From the IMG/VR virus record IMGVR_UViG_3300046501_000558, positions 1 through 64,000 of that record: a stretch of 64,000 bases of DNA; one strand, 5' to 3'. Below, in pieces: positions 29,844-39,594 of this stretch. The notes under the pieces were generated by a model. It made no database searches. It worked only from the letters and a program-made list of their open reading frames with translations, and was not told the DNA's origin. The position numbers were made by a program, and so were the translations under genes. This DNA comes from a virus. Within the stretch, counting starts at the first letter, position 1. The number at the start of each line of letters is the position of its first letter.

Positions 29844-31196
29844 TTAATCCATCACTTCATTTAAGTAACTTACAATTTGCTCACCAATCCATTTCATAAC
29901 TGGTACAGCCATGGAGTTACCTAACGCCGCATATCTTCGAGTGTCTGGACAATCACACTCTTTCTTTCCGCGGTAAGGTATCTGTGTGTAATTATCAGGG
30001 AAACCCTGAAGCCGCTCGCATTCGAGCGGAGTTAAACGCCGTACAACACCTTCATGAATAAAATTCTGACAGTGCGTACCTTGTGAAGCAGTTAAAGCAC
30101 CAGCAATATTTCCATCGCCTCCGACTGGTCTAACTTCATCACGGCTATTCTGTTGATAGCTCACCCCATGAACGTCAGTTCTTGTTAAACAAGCTGTTCT
30201 CTCCAAAGTTGGCGTAACAGAGTTACCGCCATTTTCAGCTTTACGGCCAATCCAATTACCAGGAAAACCAAAAACATTAGAAATTGGTTTTGTGCCTGTT
30301 GAAGCCCTTAATGTTGGTGCTCTTTCAAGCGCCACATCATCTGCAGCATTACTATTACTGCAAAAAATAAGATCTTCATTAAACAAAATCTTTCCGTCTT
30401 CAACGGATTGATTGCCTAAACCTTTCTCATCGGACTTACATAAAGTACCAATAGGATCTTTATGGCTTATCCAGCTATTTGTGCTTGAATTTTTAGCGCT
30501 TGCTCGAATGGCTCGGGCAATCTCTTTCCGCGTTTTGCGGACCGGCGCAGAATCCCGTCGCACGCCGTTGAACTCAAATAATATTTTCTCGGCACGGAAC
30601 TCTTCTCTAGCACTTCCGACAACAAAGAGACGCCGCCTACGTTGGGGAACTCCGAAATATTGGGCATCGAGGATCCGCCAAGATGCTGACCTTTGGGGTC
30701 CAAACAAAAAACCTGCGTTTTTCCACTTCTTCCCTGCTGGTTGAAGCTCAATATCTTCTCCGGCAAGTGCTCCCAGAAAGCACCCGTATGCATTGTCTTT
30801 TGTAGACAAGACTCCGGGGACGTTTTCCCACACAACAATAACGGGTTCTTTTCCATTCTTAATTCTCACTTCATCAATTGCATTAGCGATATCAATAAAC
30901 ACAAGTGACAGCTGTCCTCTTGAGTCATTTAACGAGTTTCTAAGTCCCGCAACACTAAAAGCTTGGCACGGCGTGCCACCTATTAAAATGTCAGGAGCTT
31001 CGATTTCCTCATTCCTAATTTTCTCCGCAATACTTGTCATATCACCGAGATTAGGCACATTAGGGTAGTGATGATCTAAAACAGCACTTGGAAATTGTTC
31101 AATTTCCGCAAACCATATCGGATCCCACCCAAGGCTATGCCACGCAACCGTCGGAGCTTCAATTCCCGAACAGACAGAGCCATACGTCAAAACCAT
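29844..31196 (-). CDS. DNA cytosine-5 methyltransferase (alpha-type polypeptide)
   Basis: CSGIEA, GGTPCQAFS, ENVPG, QRRRR, GNSM motifs. Confidence 0.93.
   Translation of the reverse strand: MVLTYGSVCSGIEAPTVAWHSLGWDPIWFAEIEQFPSAVLDHHYPNVPNLGDMTSIAEKIRNEEIEAPDILIGGTPCQAFSVAGLRNSLNDSRGQLSLVFIDIANAIDEVRIKNGKEPVIVVWENVPGVLSTKDNAYGCFLGALAGEDIELQPAGKKWKNAGFLFGPQRSASWRILDAQYFGVPQRRRRLFVVGSAREEFRAEKILFEFNGVRRDSAPVRKTRKEIARAIRASAKNSSTNSWISHKDPIGTLCKSDEKGLGNQSVEDGKILFNEDLIFCSNSNAADDVALERAPTLRASTGTKPISNVFGFPGNWIGRKAENGGNSVTPTLERTACLTRTDVHGVSYQQNSRDEVRPVGGDGNIAGALTASQGTHCQNFIHEGVVRRLTPLECERLQGFPDNYTQIPYRGKKECDCPDTRRYAALGNSMAVPVMKWIGEQIVSYLNEVMD
30467..30856 (-). CDS. Alternative-frame ORF inside the C5 MTase, M.EcoHK31I beta-polypeptide-like
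   Basis: 129 aa, same strand, different frame; LSEVLE...KYYLS..AC.GILRR pattern. Confidence 0.6.
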   Translation of the reverse strand: MEKNPLLLCGKTSPESCLQKTMHTGAFWEHLPEKILSFNQQGRSGKTQVFCLDPKGQHLGGSSMPNISEFPNVGGVSLLSEVLEKSSVPRKYYLSSTACDGILRRSAKRGKRLPEPFEQALKIQAQIAG

Positions 31197-31416
31197 GAGT
31201 TTTCTATCCTAAAATTTGGGGCGGGGATCGTGCTCCAACTCCAAATATTCAAGAAATGAAAATTCCATGCTATTTCAACTCTAAAAATGCATTAATTGCA
31301 TAATTATGCATTTAAGTATATTACATAATACGCATTATGCAATATCGCATATAAACTATTTTAAATATAAAAAAACCTCCACTTAGGGAGGTCTTTTTTA
31401 TTTGGCATATCTTCTT

Positions 31417-32673
31417 TTAAATTTCTAACTCATTAACACTACTTTCAATGTCATCCTCTGTACCATCTCGCTCCTTCTCATTTTTCTGAAGGTTTAAAAG
31501 GCCATTGTTTAATTGACAGTGAACATAATAATCAAAGTCGATTAGCTTGATGTCATTTAACAGGCTTGGCTTACTTCTCAAAAGGGTGGCAAGAATCTCT
31601 TTTGCAAGTTTTCGATTACTTACTTCATCATCTGTTGTTGAACCTGCATAAAACTCACTGTAATCATTCAAGAATTGTGGGCATGACACCAAGAACCCGA
31701 TTTGCTTAGGTGTAAAGGAATCAATACGGTTAATATACTTCTCACGATCAGGTGATTTAAAGTGAGAGCCATCGTCGTTGTAAGGTATACCCGCTTTTAA
31801 CAGCTTAGTTTTGAATTCATGTAACTTATCTTCAATCTTCTTAATACGATCTGAAGCTTTGTATTCGTAATTAAATCTCAGACCAACAATACTGAGGCCA
31901 CTTTTAATATTCTCGACCTTTAGAATTGTAATATTAGATAAGTCATTAATTTCTTTTATTGAAGGCTTAATAATACGGCGCTTTAAATTATCGATGTCAT
32001 TGTAAGAAGGCTTATCTTCTAAATCTAATGCAAATTTTAGATCATCTAAGGAAATTTCAAGAATATTTGATTTCCATTTATTTTCAATTAGCATTCGATA
32101 GATTCTCATTGAATAAAAGCCATCAAGTTGTGTCACTTGCTTTAATTCATGTGAAAAATATCCATCAAGCTTTTTATCATCTGCTTGATCAACTAATACC
32201 CGATAAAAGTATTCATAAAATTCTGGCGCAAAACGAATATCGATACTTTTACTTTTGGCAATATATTTGCAATAAGTAATCATCGGTACTTTTGCTGGCA
32301 CAGGTGAATCTGGTTCTTTGACTTTCATTATTAGTGGCTGGAATTTGTTATAAATTCGAAGCAATGCTTTGTCTGCAGTCTTTTCTATAAGCTTTAATTC
32401 AGCTTCTTCTAAAGCAGTTGCTTCGCCACTAATGACTTTTTTATGTGTAAGTTCAGCGTAATTACGCGCAGAGATACGAATCTTTGAATTAGGATCAATA
32501 GGGCCTTTATTTTCAAGCTCTAACTTCCGTATAACAATCATAGCCGCAAACATTAGCTTTTCTTGGTTTGGATCGTTACTATAGCTTGCGTAAGCCATGG
32601 TGTTGCGAGTTACTACAAGAGAGTCTTTCTTTACTCGTTTAGCTATTATTAGCTCATCTTTTTGTTCGCTCAT
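31417..32673 (-). CDS. repB: Plasmid replication initiator, Rep_3 (RepB) family
   Basis: YSMRIYRML, ISLDDLK..L, Y....NLKRRII...I.EIN motifs; iterons upstream. Confidence 0.92.
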   Translation of the reverse strand: MSEQKDELIIAKRVKKDSLVVTRNTMAYASYSNDPNQEKLMFAAMIVIRKLELENKGPIDPNSKIRISARNYAELTHKKVISGEATALEEAELKLIEKTADKALLRIYNKFQPLIMKVKEPDSPVPAKVPMITYCKYIAKSKSIDIRFAPEFYEYFYRVLVDQADDKKLDGYFSHELKQVTQLDGFYSMRIYRMLIENKWKSNILEISLDDLKFALDLEDKPSYNDIDNLKRRIIKPSIKEINDLSNITILKVENIKSGLSIVGLRFNYEYKASDRIKKIEDKLHEFKTKLLKAGIPYNDDGSHFKSPDREKYINRIDSFTPKQIGFLVSCPQFLNDYSEFYAGSTTDDEVSNRKLAKEILATLLRSKPSLLNDIKLIDFDYYVHCQLNNGLLNLQKNEKERDGTEDDIESSVNELEI

Positions 32674-32786
32674 ACAGAAAACCCCAACAAAACCTACAAA
32701 TTATCATTTTGTACGTTTATAACATCTTTTTAGTTATCATACTTCATTAAGTTAGAATATTTACATACAGAAACACCGTTAATTTC

Positions 32787-33287
32787 GAGACATATTGTAC
32801 GGTTTCTCTAAGAATCTCTTTTTTTAGCCCCCTCCCCTCCCGTTTTTAGCCATTTTTTGAGACATGTTGTACGGTTTCAATGTTCAGCATGGCTCTATAT
32901 CCAGATAAAAAGCTTATTTTTTATTATAGTTTGTGGTGCTTTCCCCCTAAATGCAGTATTTGAGACAAGTTGTACGGTTTTAAAATAATTAAGACAAGTT
33001 GTACGGTTAATCAATTTTGAATAATTTTTATATAGAAAATGCTCTAAATCATCGATTTGATTACTTTTTATCTTAATGTGGATAATTCTGTTGATAAAAT
33101 GAGACGTTTTGTACGGAGAAAAGACAAGTTGTACGGTTTCTGAGACATGTTGTAGGGTTTCACAGACACGTTGTACGGGTTTAAAGACGTCCTGTACGGT
33201 CATCAAGACATGTTGTAGGGTTTTAAATACACCTTGTACGGTCTTTGAGACATGTTGTACGGGTTTGGAGACATGTTGTACGGAGGT
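32787..33287. repeat. Iteron array of plasmid origin, 13 copies of ~RAGACANGTTGTACGG
   Basis: Four spaced copies (32787, 32859, 32962, 32991) and nine contiguous copies at 20-21 bp period from 33101. Confidence 0.93.
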
Positions 33288-33299
33288 TGGATTGTAAGA

Positions 33300-33445
33300 T
33301 GTTGATTAATATAAATTATTTAACACTCTAAAACCATACCTAAAACCTTCTAAAACCCTCTCTAAAACCTTTTAAAACCCTTCTAAAAACTATTTAAAAA
33401 TATATAAAACCCTCATATTTTTTTTAAATTCATTTTTAAATTTAT
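33300..33445. other. AT-rich unwinding region of origin with (C/T)TAAAACC repeats
   Basis: About six TAAAAC(C) units adjacent to iterons. Confidence 0.65.
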
Positions 33446-33510
33446 TTCACACGAAAGATACACCTCGAAAGGCATATCCATCAGATCTTAAAAAATATTG
33501 CTATGTAAGC

Positions 33511-34005
33511 TTACATACTAGTAACTGTGCTTAGCAATGAATCCAGTGATACAAATTTTTCAATTAAGTCTGTATTGCAATGTGCTGACCCTACCCAACC
33601 TGAATTTGAAAAATAAATTTCAGAATCACTAGGCCCTGCTCTGTGATAACACGATGAAAGAAAATTGAAATGAGTTGCACCAACTGGTGCTTTTTTAAGA
33701 ATGGAAAGAATATTGTTTTTTGAAAAAAGTTCTTTTATCCATAATTTGAAATAAGCATGTTTAAAATCTGTAGTCTTAATGATACTTCTTCCTTTAACAA
33801 ACTCATTCCATTGTTCATAAGTAAGATCTAATGCAAACCAATCATTACTCACTTTATTGAAACAATGAGGGATCTTAAATTGCCCCATTTTTTGTTCAGG
33901 ATCAAATTTATAAAAATACACTCCGGTTGTATCAATACATACATCGGTCGCATCTACAGGCATGTTTTTATAAATTTGATGATCAAATAAAAATACTTTA
34001 TTCAT
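33511..34005 (-). CDS. Phage hypothetical protein
   Basis: Contains APVGATHF motif common in phage small proteins; start uncertain. Confidence 0.6.
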   Translation of the reverse strand: MNKVFLFDHQIYKNMPVDATDVCIDTTGVYFYKFDPEQKMGQFKIPHCFNKVSNDWFALDLTYEQWNEFVKGRSIIKTTDFKHAYFKLWIKELFSKNNILSILKKAPVGATHFNFLSSCYHRAGPSDSEIYFSNSGWVGSAHCNTDLIEKFVSLDSLLSTVTSM

Positions 34006-34049
34006 TGCTTTATTCCGCATCTGAGGTTTTAAAAATTGGTTTAAGACAT

Positions 34050-34412
34050 TTAGCAATTTTTTAACCTTTTTAACCGAGCATTTTGATATGTGGCCGTTAG
34101 GAATGTACAGATATTACATCGACAACCCACATGATAGCCATTACGCCCATGTTTAAGATTAGGTGGTAGAACCCCCTTTTCTTTAAACTCATTTTTATAG
34201 TTTTCCAATCTCTTAGAATTAGCTTGGATGGTTTTATCTTTAATTTCTTTTTTATAAAAATCTACACAGACCGAACATCTGCATTGATAAATATTAAAAG
34301 CCGTGTAAGAGCCATGTTTTGTTCTTTTTGTGGCGAACTCTCCTGTTTCTTTAAACTTTTGTTGTAGTAAAGCCCTAGAAGCTTTTTGATTTTGTGGTTT
34401 ATCATGATTCAT
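34050..34412 (-). CDS. Zn-binding protein with two HG...CRC..C repeats
   Basis: HGSYTAF...CRCSVC and HGRNGY...CRCNIC. Confidence 0.65.
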   Translation of the reverse strand: MNHDKPQNQKASRALLQQKFKETGEFATKRTKHGSYTAFNIYQCRCSVCVDFYKKEIKDKTIQANSKRLENYKNEFKEKGVLPPNLKHGRNGYHVGCRCNICTFLTATYQNARLKRLKNC

Positions 34413-34496
34413 GATCATTTTCTCAATTGGGTAAAAGTACATTTGTGTAAATGATCATTTGTACATATGTTTATAAGTGCAAATGATCATTTTTGG

Positions 34497-34904
34497 TTAA
34501 ATAAAATCTCTAATGTTTTTCTCTATTTGAAACATTCCATCACGAATATTTTGAACACCGTATTTAATAAGATTGTATTTTCCTTCACCTTTGGCATATC
34601 CAATCTTTCTTAAAGCTACAGTAGTAATTCCCAAGTAATCAGCTAGAGCTTTTTGTCTTCCACTCCCCAATTTAATCCAGACCTTTAAACGATTATGCAA
34701 ATCTATTGCCTGACGTTCTTCACGCTCAATTTTCTTGATATTTACCTTAATTTGTTGCATCAAATCATGATCAACGCGATAAGTGAAGATCCTGGTATGT
34801 AAAGTCTGCCGCTTAATATCCAAAAGGGCAGATAGTTGTGACAAACGTCCACGGCGTTTGCTGATCCATTTATTTAAAAAAATATAATCTTTAATTAAGG
34901 ACAT
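34497..34904 (-). CDS. Tandem HTH-like protein
   Basis: Two W...GR...L...L.I repeats. Confidence 0.55.
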   Translation of the reverse strand: MSLIKDYIFLNKWISKRRGRLSQLSALLDIKRQTLHTRIFTYRVDHDLMQQIKVNIKKIEREERQAIDLHNRLKVWIKLGSGRQKALADYLGITTVALRKIGYAKGEGKYNLIKYGVQNIRDGMFQIEKNIRDFI

Positions 34905-34906
34905 TT

Positions 34907-35725
34907 TTAAATCCCATAAAACAAATCTTGTTGACGTTCGGCCTGAGGATTTATCCAAAGAATTTCCTCACGACCAACTGAACCTGCTTGACTAGTAGCA
35001 GCAACATTTTTTACAGCCTTTTGCCAGCCTAACCGGTTATATAGATCATTTTCATAACCACACAAAATGACCTGTCCTTTAACATTTTTAAGAACATCTA
35101 TTAATTGCTCATGCTCTGCAAAAGACATCTCATGTTTATAGGCAGTACCTGCAGTGTTGCGAACATCTAATAAATAAGGCGGATCAATAAAGAATAAAGT
35201 GTCTAGTCGGTCATGATCTTGAATGACCTGAAGGGCATCACGATTTTCAATCATGACCTTACTTAAACGTTTAGCTGCCTCAAGAATTAAGTTTGGTTGC
35301 CGTTGCCAGATAGTTACTAAGTCTGTACAACCTCGACCAGTATCCAGCCTAAACCCCGTATTACCATTTGAAGCCCCAACGCTACTGAAACCCATTTGTG
35401 CCCTAATAACTAAACGTCTTGCGCGTTCTACAGAATCTTCAGCCACTTCACGAGAAAGGTTAAATTCAGTTCTAGAATAAGGTGTAAGTTGAATTTGACT
35501 AGCCAACGTCTTAGAAAGATTAGGATCACGAAGCACTTCAAAAAAATTAACTACTTCGTTATCTAGATCGTTATAAACCTCGCAGCGACTTGGCGTTTTA
35601 TTCAAGAGAACAGAAGCACCGCCACCAAATGGCTCAACGTAAGTGTCATGCAATGGAAAATAAGAAAGTATCCAATTAGATAATCTATATTTACCGCCAT
35701 GGTAGCGAATTAGAGGATGATTCAT
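34907..35725 (-). CDS. DNA adenine methyltransferase (D12/Dam class)
   Basis: YHGGK, EPFGG, YND, DPPY motifs. Confidence 0.93.
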   Translation of the reverse strand: MNHPLIRYHGGKYRLSNWILSYFPLHDTYVEPFGGGASVLLNKTPSRCEVYNDLDNEVVNFFEVLRDPNLSKTLASQIQLTPYSRTEFNLSREVAEDSVERARRLVIRAQMGFSSVGASNGNTGFRLDTGRGCTDLVTIWQRQPNLILEAAKRLSKVMIENRDALQVIQDHDRLDTLFFIDPPYLLDVRNTAGTAYKHEMSFAEHEQLIDVLKNVKGQVILCGYENDLYNRLGWQKAVKNVAATSQAGSVGREEILWINPQAERQQDLFYGI

Positions 35726-35738
35726 ATTTCTTATCCTA

Positions 35739-36701
35739 CTAAATCACAGGAATTGGTTTGCGCTGGCGATAACTGCCCCAATCGCATTTAATAACAAGAA
35801 TGCGATCGGACTCTAAAAATCGATCAGCTGAGCGGCTACCTATCAATTGATACAATTCATCATGAGCAACATTCGATGTCATGATAGTCGGTAAGTGTCG
35901 TTTATATCTTTCATCAAGAATTGTTGAGTAGGCTTCAAAAAGATGAGTACTAGATTCTAGGCTGCCGATATCATCAATGCACAATATAGGCACACTTGAG
36001 AGCCGCTGGATAATGGCTTTAACAGTGTTGTTACTTGTGTTGCTCCATGTCTCTTTGATGTCATGGATAATTTGAGCTTCTGTAATGAATAAACAGCGCA
36101 ATTTATTCTTATACTTTATGTCATTTGTGTCATGACTCGTACAGGTAACAGACCGCTTTATGATGTTTTGCATAAATATCGAAGCCATGGCTGTTTTACC
36201 TGTTCCCATAGCACCGCCAAGATAAATATTTCGATGATTTAGAGCATCCCCTTTCCCCAACAAATTTTTAATGTCTTCGATCAATGTTGAGACAATCAGT
36301 GTTTGTTTAGAACTTTGAGATAAATCCAAATTTTCAAAAGACATATTCAAAGAGTTTTTAGGTAAATTTGCGTTTAGGTACTCATCTTGAATACGTGAAT
36401 TTATTGCTGCTTCAATAGCTGGCTTCTTTTCAAGTAAACGACACTCATCACAAGTATTTTCGACTTTCTCAGAAATACTTGAAGGAATTTGTATTTCTTT
36501 AAAGCCATGTATTAAACAACCTACTTTCACAGTTTTGATCGAAAGTAGAGATTGAATTGGGTGGTGATTTTTTAGAGTGTCAGCTTTTGCATCAGCTTGG
36601 GCACAATAAGGACAATTAGTATTTTGATCACCATCAAACTTTCTATATTCACCATGTGCAAGGCATGAAAAGTTTTTAAATAAATTATGCATAGCGCCCA
36701 T
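35739..36701 (-). CDS. DnaC/IstB-like AAA+ helicase loader
   Basis: GAMGTGKT, LCIDDIG, PTIMTSN, DR motifs; N-terminal Zn sites. Confidence 0.88.
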   Translation of the reverse strand: MGAMHNLFKNFSCLAHGEYRKFDGDQNTNCPYCAQADAKADTLKNHHPIQSLLSIKTVKVGCLIHGFKEIQIPSSISEKVENTCDECRLLEKKPAIEAAINSRIQDEYLNANLPKNSLNMSFENLDLSQSSKQTLIVSTLIEDIKNLLGKGDALNHRNIYLGGAMGTGKTAMASIFMQNIIKRSVTCTSHDTNDIKYKNKLRCLFITEAQIIHDIKETWSNTSNNTVKAIIQRLSSVPILCIDDIGSLESSTHLFEAYSTILDERYKRHLPTIMTSNVAHDELYQLIGSRSADRFLESDRILVIKCDWGSYRQRKPIPVI

Positions 36702-36703
36702 TC

Positions 36704-37675
36704 TTAAAAGCCCTCAAAATTAGTGATGTTTGGAGCTGCTACAGGTTCCGGAATTTGCTGTGACATTGGAGTTTGTATTGTTTGAGGCAAAATAAATCGA
36801 TCAAAATTTTTAGTTTTTGAAGAAGTGGGTTTCTTAACATCATTATGAGCAGTACTACCAAGGGCTTTAAGTCTGGCAACATGTGCTCTTTGGCCTGATG
36901 TCGAATGATGAATTTTCAAAAGAAATTTAATGAAGTTATTCAAACGTTGATGATCAGAGATCTTTTTGTATTGATGATGATTAACGTTGAAATCAATAAG
37001 CAAAGCATCAAGTTGCTTTTGTGTTTGAACTAACAATCCTAAACCAGCCATCTTTATGCGTGCTGCTACAATTGGATCATCTAGTTTTAGATGGTAACGC
37101 TGCAATAGATCATTTTCGTTTTCCATATCCCCCACCCTCTTATTAAATATTAAATTACTTCTTAACTCATTGTATTTATTAGTTAAGGATTTACCGTCAA
37201 CGGGAAACCCGTTTGCGGTTTCATCTTTTGGATCATTAATCTGTGCTTCAAAGTCGAAGCCGAGTTGAGCCTTTTCAAGCAATTTTGCAGCATCATTTTC
37301 ACAAGACTGGCCGTCTTCAATTACAGCCATAATTTTTCCATCTTGAGCGCTTTCAAAAATTTGATATACGACTTTGCCAAAGGTCCCATCAGAATTTTTA
37401 ATTTGGGTTTTTTTGATATAACCCGCTTCATCAAGACGGTTAAGCATGCCTTGAATGGCATCTCTCCCCTCTTTACCTCGATTGATTAAAGCTTGAACAC
37501 AAACCCGATGTTTATCACCCCATGAAAGGAGTTCAACCAGTAGGCCTTTATCAGACCGTTTAATATTTGGGTCCCTCAAAAGTTTGTTCGAAATTACCGT
37601 GTAAGGGTTGTCTTTACTATGTTCGGCACGAAAGATCGTCCGTTCTAGGATTTCTAGTACAGCTAAATTGGTCAT
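36704..37675 (-). CDS. Phage (lytic) replication initiator, wHTH
   Basis: YTVISN.LLRD...KGLL..LLS, L...GYI pattern; upstream of loader. Confidence 0.75.
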   Translation of the reverse strand: MTNLAVLEILERTIFRAEHSKDNPYTVISNKLLRDPNIKRSDKGLLVELLSWGDKHRVCVQALINRGKEGRDAIQGMLNRLDEAGYIKKTQIKNSDGTFGKVVYQIFESAQDGKIMAVIEDGQSCENDAAKLLEKAQLGFDFEAQINDPKDETANGFPVDGKSLTNKYNELRSNLIFNKRVGDMENENDLLQRYHLKLDDPIVAARIKMAGLGLLVQTQKQLDALLIDFNVNHHQYKKISDHQRLNNFIKFLLKIHHSTSGQRAHVARLKALGSTAHNDVKKPTSSKTKNFDRFILPQTIQTPMSQQIPEPVAAPNITNFEGF

Positions 37676-37691
37676 GTTTATATCCGGTTGA

Positions 37692-37973
37692 TTAGCTTCT
37701 TATTAGTTGCTCTACAGTCACAGCACCTTTTGATGCTTCGGAGAGTGCTTTTGCAGCTGAATATGAAATTGCTGTTTCACCGCTTAAATATCTACTCATT
37801 GTTCCCTGAGAAACTTTTAGCTTCAAAGCTGCCTCTTCTTGGCTACGAAATAACAATCTAAAGTTAGTCTGTAAAAGCAAAAGCTTCTCTTGATTATCAG
37901 TAGAAAGCCCCATAAAAATTTTATTCAAACGAGCTTCACGTGACGCTCGTCTCACAGTATTAACATTTTGCAT
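37692..37973 (-). CDS. Cro-like HTH regulator
   Basis: SQEEAALKLKVSQGTMSRYLSG; divergent from CI. Confidence 0.8.
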   Translation of the reverse strand: MQNVNTVRRASREARLNKIFMGLSTDNQEKLLLLQTNFRLLFRSQEEAALKLKVSQGTMSRYLSGETAISYSAAKALSEASKGAVTVEQLIRS

Positions 37974-38201
37974 ACTTGTATTATATATACCAATTATGTA
38001 TAAAACTGTTTAATAATATGCGTTTGTGTATAAATTTACAATGCCTTTAATTCTACGTACGTACTTTTCTGTCTATATGAAAATGTGTATTAAATGCATA
38101 AAATGCGAATGTGATTATACGCTAGTGCATTTATATGGTTTTATAATGCCTTTTATAACGTATTGTATTAATTATAATTCTTTGACTTTCGAGGATACAA
38201 A

Positions 38202-38921
38202 ATGTCAAATATTAACTCTCTTCCTGATAATAAAAATTTAATAGCAAATACAATTGGCGATCGTATTGAAGCACTAATGTTAAAGAATAAAATTGATCAA
38301 GAAACATTGGCTAAAAGTGCTGGAACAACACAACCAACTATAAGCAGAATTATGTCTGGTAAGACTTCCAATAGTAGAACCATTCCTAAAATTGCGAACG
38401 TTTTAAATACAACTGTTGAGTATTTAGTCTTTGGAACGGGAATTGAATCTCTTTCTTCATCAGAAGCGTCGGAAAGTTTGCGTATAAAAGAAAATGATTT
38501 TATGCTAATTCGCATGTATGACAATGTGTCCGAGAACACAGACCTGCATACGAATAAAAATGCTGAGGACATTTTAATGTTAGAAAAGAGTTTGATACCA
38601 CTGGGGTCCTGTTCAGATGATTTACGTTATTTAAAAGTTGATGATAATTCTATGTCGCCTAAAATACCTGTGTCAGCGCGAGTATTCTTCAATATGAAAG
38701 ATACTAATGTTATTGCGGGTAAAGCATATGCTATAAAATACGGACACTTACGTGAACAAGTAAGAATTTTATATCCTCTACCAGACGGTGGTTATCGAGT
38801 TAGAGTAACTACAGAAATGTCAGAAGAATTTCCAGAAATTCAAGTTAGTAAGCAAGAAATTGATAATCAAACCTTCAAAGTTTTGGGGCGGGTATTTAGT
38901 GTTACTTCCCTATGGGAATAA
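38202..38921 (+). CDS. CI-like repressor (HTH + degenerate S24 domain)
   Basis: QETLAKSAGTTQPTISRI HTH; DNSMSP; VLGRV; terminator at 38936-38958. Confidence 0.88.
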   Translation: MSNINSLPDNKNLIANTIGDRIEALMLKNKIDQETLAKSAGTTQPTISRIMSGKTSNSRTIPKIANVLNTTVEYLVFGTGIESLSSSEASESLRIKENDFMLIRMYDNVSENTDLHTNKNAEDILMLEKSLIPLGSCSDDLRYLKVDDNSMSPKIPVSARVFFNMKDTNVIAGKAYAIKYGHLREQVRILYPLPDGGYRVRVTTEMSEEFPEIQVSKQEIDNQTFKVLGRVFSVTSLWE

Positions 38922-39121
38922 TGTTTTATGAATAGAACGGGCGAAAGCCCGTTTTTTTATGCATACAAAGGTGAATAATTAAATGCTTTTATGTATACAA
39001 ATCAAAAATATTTACAAATTGTTACGTTTATAAATGCGCATAAAAATAAAACTATTTATGCAAGCTTGCATAAAAATATGCAGTTATGTATATTTAAGAC
39101 CTGTTACTTAGGAGCTTAAAT

Positions 39122-39469
39122 ATGCAAACAACCCTACATGTACAAGAACCTGTACAGGTTCATGTACAAAAATCTAATTCTGTTAAGCTAAATTTAATTT
39201 TAGTGCAAATCATTTTATTTGTTTTAACTTGCATTATTCACCTTATTTTAGTTCTTCGTTCAATTAAGTCATTTTTTACGTATGTATTTACTATCCCTTT
39301 AGTTGGCTACGTTTCTGTGTATGTAATTTTAAGTGCCCTCTCCTTCTTATTTGTTGTACATGTGGTCGATGCTAATGAAATCGAACAAGAAGGACGATTT
39401 CAAGCTAACCAGCATTACATTCAACTAGTTGAGACAAAGAACCCCGAAGGAATATTTATTTATAAATAA
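39122..39469 (+). CDS. Membrane protein
   Basis: Two hydrophobic segments; AGGAG RBS. Confidence 0.65.
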   Translation: MQTTLHVQEPVQVHVQKSNSVKLNLILVQIILFVLTCIIHLILVLRSIKSFFTYVFTIPLVGYVSVYVILSALSFLFVVHVVDANEIEQEGRFQANQHYIQLVETKNPEGIFIYK

Positions 39470-39594
39470 ATGATCATTTTTCCGTATGTGCAAATGATCA
39501 TTTACACATTTGATCAAATGTTCATATGTGCAAAGGATCAATCCTAAAAACACACAAAAGATCAAATTTATATTATTAATTTTAAGGAGCGTTT

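Noticed and set aside
33101-33287. Regular 21-bp repeats as a CRISPR array
   Set aside because: No unique spacers, no cas genes, adjacent to Rep_3 gene: iterons
32895-33297. ORFs 32895..33206 and 33109..33297
   Set aside because: Translations simply mirror the iteron repeats
38026-38241. 71-aa ORF between cro and cI
   Set aside because: AT-rich operator/promoter region with no RBS
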